Source of the DNA: Trypanosoma brucei
Taxonomy: Eukaryota
Length of the DNA: 64,000 nt
Reading direction: 5' to 3'
Assembly (NCBI GenBank): GCA_000002445.1
Contig: AL929603.2
Coordinates: 704,001-768,000 of the forward strand
Shown here: positions 1 to 10,236 of the stretch, in pieces
Position numbering within the stretch: position 1 is the first letter of the stretch
Layout: each line of letters starts with the position of its first letter
Made by a program: the position numbers and the translations under genes
The notes under the pieces: model-generated
Database searches by the model: none
What the model saw: the letters and a program-made list of their open reading frames with translations, nothing else
What the model was told of the DNA's origin: nothing

Positions 1-7
1 GGGATCG

Positions 8-3000
8 GTGCGCATCATGAAGCTTCTGTTTGATCCCGCCAAAATAAATCCAAGCTCAAAACGCGTTCTGTCAACGGCTGTGGGTGAGTTATTGGCGATC
101 CTTGGTCCAACTAGTGCAAATTCAGTGGAAAAGGCAATTCACTGCATCTTCGAGTGGCTCCTGGCAGCAGACCCCCAAGATGGGACGTCGAACATGCCGG
201 ATATTGTCGCAGGTGCCCTACTGCACTGGGCCAAAACGGCGCGCTCAGACACCTTTCGTAGCGCCATTTTGCGGCATCTTATCCCTTTCTTAGACACAGA
301 TAGCAGTGAGACAGTGGCGTACACTGCCCTGTTGTGCCTTAAAGGTGTTGTTTCAACGGTTGTGGAGCTTGATGAATATGCGGCAAACCTTTGGGAGAAA
401 CTCCTGAAGCAGGTCACCCGGAACAAGGATATCAAGAAAGCAACGAGTGAAGTTATGAAGTGCGTCGTGGAGCGCAACGAGTGGTGCCGGCGTGCACTGC
501 TCCGACACATATTCGCAACGTGCTGCAGCAATAATCCCCCCACGGGGGTTGACGCGTACTTGTCGATGATGCCTCTCTTCACCATGCACGTACAAGCACT
601 ACTTGAATTACCTGCGGCCGTGTTGCAGAAGCCTTGCATGACTGGTGTGACGCTTGCAGCCGTCGCCCGCCTCAGTGTGGATGATTCTCATGACGCACTC
701 GCAGACATCTTTCATTGGTGCGTGGAGTATTTCTGTAAGCTTTCAAGGTTACTCTTAGTCCACCAGCGGCAGTCCCTGCCACCTACTATCACTACGAGCG
801 TACGTTCCTCTCTACGTGTGTTCCTGGGCGCTCTCGTGAGCAGTGCACCAACAGCAGGCGAAGTGAGAGCCATCGCTTCGGCCCACGCGCGTGCCACAGT
901 CGCCGCCTGTGAATTGCTCCCGCTAATAGAACCTGGGGATACGGAGGTTAAACTTGTCGTGGCGCTGCTAGAAACACTTGACGACCCGATTGTACCTGTT
1001 GCTGTTCCGCGCGTAAGGGGCGCCGTGTACAGATTGCTGAGCCGCCTGCCGTGGGGTACATGTCATGACGACGCTGGCAAGCGCCGGGCAGTTACACTTG
1101 CTTTGGACGATATGGGGGAGGCTGTGCGTCTCGGTGTGCCGTGCGCATGGGACGAAGAAGAGGCCGAGAAGTGTGGAACCAGTGATGGTGCTAATGGTAG
1201 TGCTGTAAGTATCGTAAAACTACATAATGTGGAGTTGCTCCCATGCCTGGCTGCTGTCTGGTGCCTTGACGATCGACAATGCATGAGGCCTACACCGAAA
1301 CAAGCCTTAACCTCTACTGTTACGCGCTGTGCTGTACAGCTGATAGCGGCAGCATCGGCTGCCACATGCAATGCCGGAACCCAGAGTGGCTGCTTGCTAC
1401 GGTCTGTGCTGGTGAGTATGCGTCACTGGCGTCAAATAAAGGCTGAGGACCCCACCGTGCAAGCATGGAACGTTTTGTGTTGTCTTAACGCAGTCACAGC
1501 GCCCACTAGCTCGAATCTCCCTGGTGGAAACGAAGCGGCTACTATTGTGGCTGAGGACAATGGTGGAGAATGGCTTGAATTCATTTCGACCCACTGGCTG
1601 GGGCACGGGGTTTGGGCTCTGCGGCTTCTGTCAGCTCAGATAATGGCAAGGCTTGCGTTAGCCTCGGGTGGCGTGGACACTTTTACTTCTTCTGTTGTGA
1701 ATCAAGTTAATTTGAGTTCCTGCCGCATTAGCGGCGCATTGATTGCGCTTGGCCTGATGCACGGCTGTCCCAACGGAGCTGGTGCGGATGGCACTAATAA
1801 AATAACTACTTCAGGGATGGCAATATCGTTTATAGCGCGGATGCTTAGTCAGTATGGTTTGCGCGGTGATGGGGAAGGGGCCGTGGTTGCCGCGTCTGTG
1901 CTCATATCTTTGATCCATCTTTCAGCACACCAAAGGCCATTGGTGGAGACCGTCATTCGAACATCTCTTGCTCCCCAACTTTTGTTGTACCAGGAGCCGC
2001 AACGGCAGACGGCACTGGCACCGATGCGTCCCATCGTCACGGTGTTGCTGCTTGAACTCGTGACACGTCTCTCACTTCACAAAAGCGTTCACGATGGATC
2101 CGTTATGAGCGTCTTTGCCTCCAGCGTCGTTTCATGTGCAGCCGTCGCTGCAGTTACAAGCACCACGGCAACCGCTGATGTCATTAATCAAAAAAATAAT
2201 AGTATTATTACGTACGGCAGCGCGTTTCCGATCGTGATGTCTGAGAAAGCGGCAGCAGCTGTGGTGGAAACCGTGCGGGAGGTGGTGGAAGACATCAAAC
2301 AGTTGCCGGCTCATCCGGTTGCTTCAACTCCTTCTGCTCATCACGGAGTTGGACACAGACTTGCCGTGGATATAGCTGTGCTCCAAAAGATTGTGCTGCA
2401 GGCCCTCGGCAACACGGGATACCTGAGTGATGCAGTCTCGTGTGCGGCAGCAGGCGTAACTGTATCGGCCGGCAGAGTGTTAAAACCGAGCAGCCTGATG
2501 TCGCAGTGGCTATTGAGGATGGCTGAACGCATCGACGGAGCCACGACGATGGAGAGTCGTCGTGCGTGGACAAAAGCGATGGGAGTTATCGTAAACCAAG
2601 CGTGGAGGGAGCCCCGTGAGAGGGCTGCGTGCCTGCATTCGCTGAATCTGATCATACGAGGAAAGCCCTCTCAGTTATATGGGACCGCCGGAGAGGAGGA
2701 TGAGAGGCCGAATCGTGGCGACATGGACATGGACGACTACGACATTGAAACAAAGGGCGTTTCACTTGCGAAGGCTGCGCCGGCACTCGAGCTGCGAACG
2801 GTGTCGAGCGAGCCACAGTCGAAGGCAGCTGTGCTGAACGTCTTACTGCAAGTTCTGAACGAGGAGCATCAACGCGTTGAGTTGAACGATGACACTCTCC
2901 CGCAGTTTCTTCAGCTGCTTTTTTCTGCTGTAGCACTTGCAGAGGTGTCGCCGTGTCTCGTCCGACCGGCTGCGGATGCTCTATATCTGCTGCTCAGGAA

Positions 3001-4786
3001 GTACGGTTACAGCATGAAAGATATATCGACGCCGCTGCTACAGCCATGGAAGGTTCTGCTGATCAACGGGATGGTTCATGTTATAGAACGGTGCGTGTAC
3101 TACAGTGGAGTAGGCAGCGCCCTCGCAGAAGAATTTTTTGCCAGTAACATTTCGGACGACACAAGTGCCCGCCGCGTTGTCTCGGCTCTCACCCAGCTCT
3201 TTTCACAGTTGGGGCAGCTTGATGTAAGTCACGCCGAGGTAAGCCATGGCTGCAGTGGGCGAGTGGCTGCCGCCATCGCAAGGTGTTCAGCAGTTGCATC
3301 TTCTTGTAATGATTCTTCCAAAACACAACCTGCCCGTTGGCCGCAAACATTACAACGAGCCCACGATACGCTCGCGTCGCCCAACGCTCAGGCAGTGATA
3401 GCACTCCTATGCAATCAGATTGTCTCTGCTATAACACTTGCACACGGATACGAACCACCACATGGAATGGTTCCCACGCCGCTGGATTCCTGTACGTATG
3501 TCACACCAGCAGTCGCACTGGAATTGCTCCTTCAACTCCGCAACACATCGCAGGACATTGACTCCACCGTAAGCCACGCTGCGGGGTACTTGATTGTTAT
3601 ACTTTTGGCAATAAAGATAGAGGAAACAGTGGTACCCCGGCCCGTGCTCAGCGGCGTCTCTCTTCAACAGCTACGCACCTTGGTGCCGCTGCTGTCCCCA
3701 CCCCACTGTGAAACGTTAGTGGACACCGTCCTTGCACTGCTCCCAACAGTGCTGTTGAAGGAAGTTGGCATGAAAGAAGAGGAAAAGATGGAGGAATTGA
3801 TAGAAATCTCTGCAGCGGCGGCATCGCTCATACAGAGCAGCCGCGGAAATAGTGCCTTCATGCCTACAGAGGGGCGAGACGAAGTGCGTGAAAAGCGCCG
3901 AAGTCAAGTAGAGCGGCTGATCTCTATGCTGACGGCCGAGACTCATCGTGTGTTGAATTTATCGCTTGCGCCCCTTACCCTTGTGGTACATAGTGACTGT
4001 AGTGTGGACTGCGTCGTTGAAGTGTTGCGCCAACTCGACGTCAACGTGCTGCTGCGTAGTGAAGGAAGGGCGGCTGCACTATCTATGCATTTATGCCAGA
4101 GGTTCCCCGTAGAGGAGTTGCGTGATATGGCCCAATCCAGTGTATGCGCTTTCCTACTACTATTGTGCTGTGAGGAAAGCCAGCAGAGGCTGAAAATGTT
4201 GGAGACCCCGAACATCTCCCCAACTGTACTCGCACGCATTGCGGAGGCATTCGCGCAGTCAAGGGACCCGAAGCTACTGATCGAATACTTGCGCCCCCAA
4301 CTGAGCTGTTCCACTCGGGTTTGTGGTGTATTTCTGTCCGTGTGTACGGCCGCGAAGCGTGCGGAGCTGCAGCAGCAGTGGAGACCTTGCGTGGAGGATA
4401 TGCTTCTGGCAAGTATTGACGCAGCGGAGCCGCAGGAGAAGGAAATGGAGGGGTTGTACAAACAAACGCAGCCTTACGGTGACGACACAAATAAACGTGT
4501 GGCTTTCTTTGTGCGAAGTTTAATTTCCCTGTCGCACATGCACGGCGGTCCGAGGGAAGCCTACTCACGATATCCGAAAGCTTGCTCGGCCTTAACGGAC
4601 CATATCATGAAGAACTACGCGAATGAGCTGAGGACTGTCATCCAGTCGTTGCATGAGGGGGACGCGGGTACGCTGCGGGAGCTCATGCAGTTACGGGGCG
4701 GCGCCACTCAATGTGGGCCGGGGGCGCAAACCACAACCGCGGCGGCTCCGCAACGCCTAACGATTAACCTCTCGTCATTCACGTAG
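8..4786 (+). CDS. Large alpha-helical (HEAT/ARM-like) repeat protein, 5'-truncated at the window edge. 1592 aa visible, function unknown
   Basis: Uninterrupted 4.8-kb ORF beginning at the window start. Leu/Ala/Val-rich helical composition with no low-complexity junk. Same strand as the downstream genes in the array. No recognisable catalytic motif. Confidence 0.7.
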   Translation: MRIMKLLFDPAKINPSSKRVLSTAVGELLAILGPTSANSVEKAIHCIFEWLLAADPQDGTSNMPDIVAGALLHWAKTARSDTFRSAILRHLIPFLDTDSSETVAYTALLCLKGVVSTVVELDEYAANLWEKLLKQVTRNKDIKKATSEVMKCVVERNEWCRRALLRHIFATCCSNNPPTGVDAYLSMMPLFTMHVQALLELPAAVLQKPCMTGVTLAAVARLSVDDSHDALADIFHWCVEYFCKLSRLLLVHQRQSLPPTITTSVRSSLRVFLGALVSSAPTAGEVRAIASAHARATVAACELLPLIEPGDTEVKLVVALLETLDDPIVPVAVPRVRGAVYRLLSRLPWGTCHDDAGKRRAVTLALDDMGEAVRLGVPCAWDEEEAEKCGTSDGANGSAVSIVKLHNVELLPCLAAVWCLDDRQCMRPTPKQALTSTVTRCAVQLIAAASAATCNAGTQSGCLLRSVLVSMRHWRQIKAEDPTVQAWNVLCCLNAVTAPTSSNLPGGNEAATIVAEDNGGEWLEFISTHWLGHGVWALRLLSAQIMARLALASGGVDTFTSSVVNQVNLSSCRISGALIALGLMHGCPNGAGADGTNKITTSGMAISFIARMLSQYGLRGDGEGAVVAASVLISLIHLSAHQRPLVETVIRTSLAPQLLLYQEPQRQTALAPMRPIVTVLLLELVTRLSLHKSVHDGSVMSVFASSVVSCAAVAAVTSTTATADVINQKNNSIITYGSAFPIVMSEKAAAAVVETVREVVEDIKQLPAHPVASTPSAHHGVGHRLAVDIAVLQKIVLQALGNTGYLSDAVSCAAAGVTVSAGRVLKPSSLMSQWLLRMAERIDGATTMESRRAWTKAMGVIVNQAWREPRERAACLHSLNLIIRGKPSQLYGTAGEEDERPNRGDMDMDDYDIETKGVSLAKAAPALELRTVSSEPQSKAAVLNVLLQVLNEEHQRVELNDDTLPQFLQLLFSAVALAEVSPCLVRPAADALYLLLRKYGYSMKDISTPLLQPWKVLLINGMVHVIERCVYYSGVGSALAEEFFASNISDDTSARRVVSALTQLFSQLGQLDVSHAEVSHGCSGRVAAAIARCSAVASSCNDSSKTQPARWPQTLQRAHDTLASPNAQAVIALLCNQIVSAITLAHGYEPPHGMVPTPLDSCTYVTPAVALELLLQLRNTSQDIDSTVSHAAGYLIVILLAIKIEETVVPRPVLSGVSLQQLRTLVPLLSPPHCETLVDTVLALLPTVLLKEVGMKEEEKMEELIEISAAAASLIQSSRGNSAFMPTEGRDEVREKRRSQVERLISMLTAETHRVLNLSLAPLTLVVHSDCSVDCVVEVLRQLDVNVLLRSEGRAAALSMHLCQRFPVEELRDMAQSSVCAFLLLLCCEESQQRLKMLETPNISPTVLARIAEAFAQSRDPKLLIEYLRPQLSCSTRVCGVFLSVCTAAKRAELQQQWRPCVEDMLLASIDAAEPQEKEMEGLYKQTQPYGDDTNKRVAFFVRSLISLSHMHGGPREAYSRYPKACSALTDHIMKNYANELRTVIQSLHEGDAGTLRELMQLRGGATQCGPGAQTTTAAAPQRLTINLSSFT

Positions 4787-5572
4787 CCCCGATAATATCC
4801 CACATTGGGCTCCTTAGCCCAATCCTGCAAATACGGTAACGGCCCCGTGCGCACCCGTTCACTCAATTTTTACGTATTGCTTTATTCCGACTTATGCTAC
4901 CTTTGTGCGTGTGTATTTATTTTATCCTCCTTTGGTCAGCATGCTTGACTGCAGAAATGGGCTTTCTGGGTGCATGCTTTGCGAGTAAACGAAAATCATT
5001 GTTAACAAACTACCTGTTTATAGCTGTGAATATTGGTGGAGAGGTAAGAAAACAGGTGAGAGTGTGTAGATTTATGTGTATCGCGTAGGAAATTCTCTCT
5101 AAAAAGATAATTAGTCTTCACCACCGCGCTTCTTCTCACTCGCATCACAAAGAAAGGCGGCTACTGATTGTTTGCTAAGATAAGGGAGGAAGCAAGGGTA
5201 TGATAGGGTCAACTGCACCTCTCATGCACATCATGTCTTAACGTGCACACATGTGAATGTGTGCGTCTATATACGTGTATGTTGGTTGCGTGCATAGGTG
5301 TGCGTACTTCTTTTTTGATATTATAAACAAGCAGGCCAAAGAAAAGTGCTGTGAACTTCGATAAGCCAGCCCTCACATACATACACACGTGTATGGCCGT
5401 GAGTTTGTGTTTGCACATCTTCCTTGCTGGCACCATCTTTCATTCCCTTCTGTTTATGTATCTTTCTAAGGTCTCTGAGCACGGTTAGAGAGGGGAGTAG
5501 CATCACACAGTCTCCAAAAAAAAAAGGAAATAAGCGAAAAAAAGTACAGGCGACGATATCAGCCGTGATTAG

Positions 5573-8308
5573 ATGAGTGCATTTGCGCTGGCGACACGCG
5601 GAGAACCAGTGTCGTGGGAAAAGTTGGTAGTGCGCGCGCTGAGTTTCATTGACGCCACGCCAAGTGTGGCTGCTACCAATGCACTCCACGCACTCACTTC
5701 CTATAGCGCATCGCCTCCAAGCATTTACTGCGATGCGGCGGCCGGAGTCCGCAACGCGAAGCTACACAGTGGGTTGCTCCTTTCACTCCATCATGCAACA
5801 GCACAGTGGCCAAAGCTTTTGCGGCATATGCTCGCGCCGCCGCCAGTTATCGTGGGAGAGCAATCGCTTTCAATTAGCGGACCAGCAATGGAACTCTTCG
5901 TGGTGCTCTACAACGCCAGTGTTAGCAATTGCGAAGCGGGGTTCGCGGCGATGTCCCGCGCACATGCAGATGCAGCACGCACCGGTATGATGACAGCAGC
6001 AGAAACGCCGTCTTCATCTCCCCTTGCCAACAGCAAATCTGCCTTTAAAAGCTTCACTATGGGTGCAGAACTTGCCTTCCTCGCGGAACAGGCGCTAGCG
6101 GAGGGCGGCGACGAGTTGCTGCCTGCTGTCGATCGTCATTCATTACAGAAACAACTTGACTTCCGTTCCATACATGAGCTGGCAGAGTTGTGCGTAGCAA
6201 CGGCGAAATACGTCTATTCTACAACCTCAGGGGCCGTATCCAAGAAGCATGACACCCTTGCTAAGCTTGCGTATGCCGCAGCAACGACAGCAGTGCCTCT
6301 AGGACTGAAAGCAATGTCCTTGCTGCTAACAGTTATGTCAAGGCTTCTGACGGCGGCGTATCACCGCCACATGGCGGAACATTACTACCGCTTAGACAAG
6401 GTGCCTGATATGTCACTTGTGCTCGGACACATCATGTACGCCATGAAGCTCTTGAAAAAAATACAGGTGGATTGCCCTGCTGTTCTTCGAGGGCATGCCA
6501 CTTCGCAGAAAGCTCCGCCATCATCTTCCTCCGATGCGATGAGAAGTGTCCGCCAGCTACTTGGACAAATCAGTGCTAGCATTGTTGGAAACGGAGGGAC
6601 AGGTGCAAAAGAACAGGGATGTCAGTCGATTAACGAGCTGGCGGACCTGTTGGAGGAAGGAGATATGATGAAAGTGTTTCCCCTTGCAGGAAGCCTCGTC
6701 CGCGACGTGGCCAAACTGCACGAGAAATACCAACATGAGAACTCGGTTGTGTATTACTCGCGGCCAGCGTCCGATGAAGAAATTAAGGATGACGTCCCAG
6801 AGGCAAAACTGCTTGATGTGGCGAGTGATAGTATTAGATACAGCAGCAATCGTGAAGAGCTGTTAGAGGTCTTGGCTAAGAGGCTCGACACCGATCTCTC
6901 TAAGTTTGCAGAACTTCCAGCTCCAGATGAGTTGGCCTCATCGCTGGAGGGTCGAGAGATGATGGTCAGAGTCCGCGACAAACTGAAGGCACTTCAGCAG
7001 CTCACCGCGGATGCAAAAGAGACTCTGAGCATCCCACACTTTGTGGAACCCACGCTGACGCAACTAGAGTCGCTTCTCCAACCATACGTCAAGCCCGCAA
7101 TCCAAGATAGAGGTGCGAGTCGAAATGACGAGGGCAGCGGGGCCACTACAGATAGTCCCTGTCCACTAGACAGTTGCCTGGACGCAGCCGTCAATAATGT
7201 GGAAGAAGCGCTTTCACGACATCTTCAGGTCAGTAATGGGTTGTATCGTGCGAAGTGTGAGTACATTGGTGAGTACGTAGGACCCTTTGAGGTAACAGAG
7301 ACACTCAAGAACAGACAACACGCGTGGCTCACGCGAGTACACCAACTGCGTTCTAGCGTGAGGAGCATTCTCATTCACCGTGACAAAAAGGTAGAGCTCC
7401 GCGAAACGCTCCTTCTCCCCGAAAGCACAGTGTTGCAACCGTGCCTCGCGAATGCTGTCACCGTTGTGGAGAGAGCCGGGGATTTACTGTCCTCGCTGGA
7501 GCCTAAACGGGCTTCCCGTGGCACTACTCCTCCCGCATCAGACAATTCTTCTGATGAACAGCTGTCCGCTGCGGCTAGACTTCAGGTTCTACTGGAAACG
7601 TTATGTGAGGCAGATGGTTCACTGACCGCAGCCTTCGAGCGCGCGCAGCCGCTTCGTGATGAGACACGGTGGGCGCGTGTGGCAGGTGTGCTGCGCGAAG
7701 CTGCTGAACTCATCGGCGAAGGGAACAATATTGTTAGCGAGGCAGTCTCGGCAACGGATGAAATGGAAAAGCAACAAAGTCGTATCGTCGTGCATCCAAT
7801 TGAGCGTCTGCAGGACGTCGTCTTTGAAACGCCGAGCCTTCCTGGCCAAAGGAAGCGGCGTGGGAAGCAGGCGGAACCTCCTCGACAGCGAATGGCCACA
7901 CCAACAAAGCAAGAACTGGAGGGTGCCTCATGTTCCACTTCCGAACAGGCTCCTTGCAGGAAGGGTAAAAACCGTCACACGGGGTTGGGGGAAAAAGCGG
8001 AGGTTGTCGAGGGCGTTAGATGGAGTTGGCCATCAACTGTTGAGAAGGGCATTCGCACTGAAAATACGAGTGGCGCCGAGTCACCAGCCGATAACGTTGC
8101 TGTTGTGGGAAGTGTGCGCAGTACCAAAAGGTCAAGGGAGGGAACGCCGCTGTCGCCCTTAAACTCCTCCGTCGCAAGTGATGCAGCTGGCCAGTTGAAC
8201 ATTCCAGAAGCGGAGGCATCTCCATTGTTCAAGCGTCGCATAAAGGAGCTCAACAGCGGCCGGATCGGTAGAAAAGGTGGTGAAGCAGGCGGAAGGAAGG
8301 GAAATTAA
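5573..8308 (+). CDS. Hypothetical protein, 911 aa, with a Ser/Thr/Pro-rich basic C-terminal tail
   Basis: Long ORF in the plus-strand array with coding-like composition. A polypyrimidine tract lies upstream at about 5400-5470. The C-terminus carries KRSREGTPLSPL-type motifs. No family recognised. Confidence 0.65.
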   Translation: MSAFALATRGEPVSWEKLVVRALSFIDATPSVAATNALHALTSYSASPPSIYCDAAAGVRNAKLHSGLLLSLHHATAQWPKLLRHMLAPPPVIVGEQSLSISGPAMELFVVLYNASVSNCEAGFAAMSRAHADAARTGMMTAAETPSSSPLANSKSAFKSFTMGAELAFLAEQALAEGGDELLPAVDRHSLQKQLDFRSIHELAELCVATAKYVYSTTSGAVSKKHDTLAKLAYAAATTAVPLGLKAMSLLLTVMSRLLTAAYHRHMAEHYYRLDKVPDMSLVLGHIMYAMKLLKKIQVDCPAVLRGHATSQKAPPSSSSDAMRSVRQLLGQISASIVGNGGTGAKEQGCQSINELADLLEEGDMMKVFPLAGSLVRDVAKLHEKYQHENSVVYYSRPASDEEIKDDVPEAKLLDVASDSIRYSSNREELLEVLAKRLDTDLSKFAELPAPDELASSLEGREMMVRVRDKLKALQQLTADAKETLSIPHFVEPTLTQLESLLQPYVKPAIQDRGASRNDEGSGATTDSPCPLDSCLDAAVNNVEEALSRHLQVSNGLYRAKCEYIGEYVGPFEVTETLKNRQHAWLTRVHQLRSSVRSILIHRDKKVELRETLLLPESTVLQPCLANAVTVVERAGDLLSSLEPKRASRGTTPPASDNSSDEQLSAAARLQVLLETLCEADGSLTAAFERAQPLRDETRWARVAGVLREAAELIGEGNNIVSEAVSATDEMEKQQSRIVVHPIERLQDVVFETPSLPGQRKRRGKQAEPPRQRMATPTKQELEGASCSTSEQAPCRKGKNRHTGLGEKAEVVEGVRWSWPSTVEKGIRTENTSGAESPADNVAVVGSVRSTKRSREGTPLSPLNSSVASDAAGQLNIPEAEASPLFKRRIKELNSGRIGRKGGEAGGRKGN

Positions 8309-8979
8309 CTGCGGGGAGGTAAAGCAACATGGCGCTGAAAGGTGTGATGGGCAGGATAAAATATTGGGGGGCTTTGAAGGGGACGTAATTTGAGGTTATG
8401 TCATACGTCTGGCGTGGGTTGTTTCTGAGTTGATCGAACAGATCGTTGTTGCTACGCCAACTGCAGCCAATTGGTAGTGTTAGGGCAGACTCAAACGTAT
8501 ATACATATATACACTGATATAACTTTCCCGTGCTCGTTTCTCATGTTGCACGTGAGGAAGGGAGCGGAACCCTTCCTTGTGGTGACAGTTGGACTAGCCA
8601 TGGTCAGTTACCTCTGTTTGATGTTGCCGACATCTTTCACTTCAGGTATACAAACTTGTAGTGAACAGATGGGAAACAGTGGAGGTAACATCAGACAAAA
8701 AATGTGCTTGTACCAGTCATTTCTCTCACTTGAGCAACATTGTTATTTGACACGTTCTCAGTTTCGTATGCAACAGCAGAAAGTTCAAACATCCCGCTAT
8801 TACGTCTTTTTTTTTCCATCTGCTTCCGCTCTGCCTTGCATGTGCACACGTGCCTGGTCCCTCATACATCCACAAACATGCACACGAAGCGGCAAAGGGA
8901 AGGAAGAGGGGAGTATTTCTACTCGTTATTCTCCAGTAGCAGCCGTGACCAGCACCAGTCCTCCTTTTGCCGGCCTTTA

Positions 8980-9735
8980 ATGGTGCTACAGCATCTTGAA
9001 CTTCTTCGAAAGAAGCGTATTTTGCTCGCGTCTGCCTCACCGCGGCGCCTAGAAATACTTAAAATCATCGGACTTGATGTCCACGTATGTCCATCGGGTG
9101 TTGCAGAGGATTTACCAAAGAGTGAGTTCAAGTGCGGTGGGGATTACGCTCTCTGCACTGCAAAGCTGAAAGCTAAACACATAATTAGACAGAAAATGGA
9201 AGCGGCCAACAGTGGCAGTGGGAAAACGCAAAGTGGTTCACGCAGTCGCTTGCCGTTTGATGTGCTCATTGCGGCTGATACCGTTTCGACGATGCCCGCT
9301 CACGAGGGCGACGGTACAATCGACATCATTGAGAAACCTTCGACCCGCGAGGAGGCGGCCGCCACGATGCGACGGTTGTCTGGAAACTCACATGAGATGT
9401 GGACCGGCGTCGCCATTGCTGTGGTGTGCGGAAAGAACTCCACAGATGACGATGGAGGCGTCGGGGACAACTGTGAGGAGTTGATACGTTGGTTTGAGTT
9501 GAAGGTGTGCACCACCGTGCACTTCGCGGTGTTGTCGGAAGCTGAAATATTGGCTTACACCAGCTGCCCAGATAACTGGGCTGGTAAGGCGGCGGGTTAT
9601 GGTATTCAGGGTATCGCTGCCTGCATGATCCGCTCTATAGAGGGAGATTACTACAATGTTATGGGGCTTCCGCTTCAGGCTGTGTGTGCTTTGTTTGACA
9701 AACTCATCGATGAGGGGATAATTTCACACAATTAG
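8980..9735 (+). CDS. maf: Maf-like nucleotide pyrophosphatase (Maf/Ham1 superfamily, septum-formation-protein homologue)
   Basis: The N-terminal motif ILLASASPRRLEILK matches the Maf signature LASxSPRR. Downstream, DTVV-like, RRLSGNSHEMWTGVAI and AGKAAGYGIQGIAA...IEGDYYNVMGLPL match conserved Maf blocks. Start is placed at the Met of MVLQHLELLRKKR. The ORF-track extension back to 8740 runs through a polypyrimidine UTR. Confidence 0.85.
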   Translation: MVLQHLELLRKKRILLASASPRRLEILKIIGLDVHVCPSGVAEDLPKSEFKCGGDYALCTAKLKAKHIIRQKMEAANSGSGKTQSGSRSRLPFDVLIAADTVSTMPAHEGDGTIDIIEKPSTREEAAATMRRLSGNSHEMWTGVAIAVVCGKNSTDDDGGVGDNCEELIRWFELKVCTTVHFAVLSEAEILAYTSCPDNWAGKAAGYGIQGIAACMIRSIEGDYYNVMGLPLQAVCALFDKLIDEGIISHN

Positions 9736-10200
9736 TGGAGCTAGCACGATGGCACATATTTGCGGTATCCTTGTCAATGTGAAAGCAAAACACAGAAAGA
9801 GAAGAGGAGATATGAAGAAGAACAGGAGGAGGGCGGCCTCTTCCAAAGGTTGGCACGCAAAGATATGCGTTTGGTTGCCTGGGCTGCTTCATGAATGTTC
9901 ACAAGGTGGGCTACAGGCATCGGGTGCAATATCCCATAAGTTCCCTCAACCCACTCCATCACAGTACCCAAACTTGCCCGTAACACCTCATGTTTTCCCC
10001 CCATTAGACGGGATATGCACATTTACATCCGTATATATATATATATACATATATATCCTTCTTATTGGTCTACGCAACGAATGTTTGTCGAAGCGAAGGG
10101 AAGGGAAACTGAAAAGGGGTACCAAGAGAGGTGGGAAACTAGTTAACTAGTGCTCTTTGGAGTGGGAGGAGGAGACAATCCAGGAAGGGATAGAGGGCTC

Positions 10201-10236
10201 GTTTTTTTCTTTTTCTTGTCAGTGGTAGTAAGGGGA
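10201..10236 (+). promoter_or_regulatory. Polypyrimidine tract plus AG dinucleotide: candidate spliced-leader trans-splice acceptor for the EFR3-like gene
   Basis: gtttttttctttttcttgtcAGtgg lies directly upstream of the ATG at 10237. This matches the kinetoplastid polyY-AG acceptor architecture. Confidence 0.4.

Noticed and set aside
139-4568. Numerous 60-170-aa ORFs on the opposite strand or in alternate frames inside the large plus-strand genes (for example 139-639 on the minus strand, 3943-4461 on the minus strand, 7656-8162 on the plus strand, and 14144-14560 on the minus strand)
   Set aside because: They lie entirely within longer ORFs whose translations are protein-like, and their own translations are Arg/Ser/Cys-rich junk. 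This is typical of spurious antisense or alternate-frame ORFs in roughly 55% GC coding DNA.
8740-8979. N-terminal ORF-track extensions of the Maf-like gene (8740-8979), the EFR3-like gene (10150-10236) and the UTP23-like gene (31771-31953)
   Set aside because: The extensions translate polypyrimidine UTR sequence (L/F/S-rich). The conserved family N-termini begin at internal Met codons that are preceded by polyY-AG acceptor signals.
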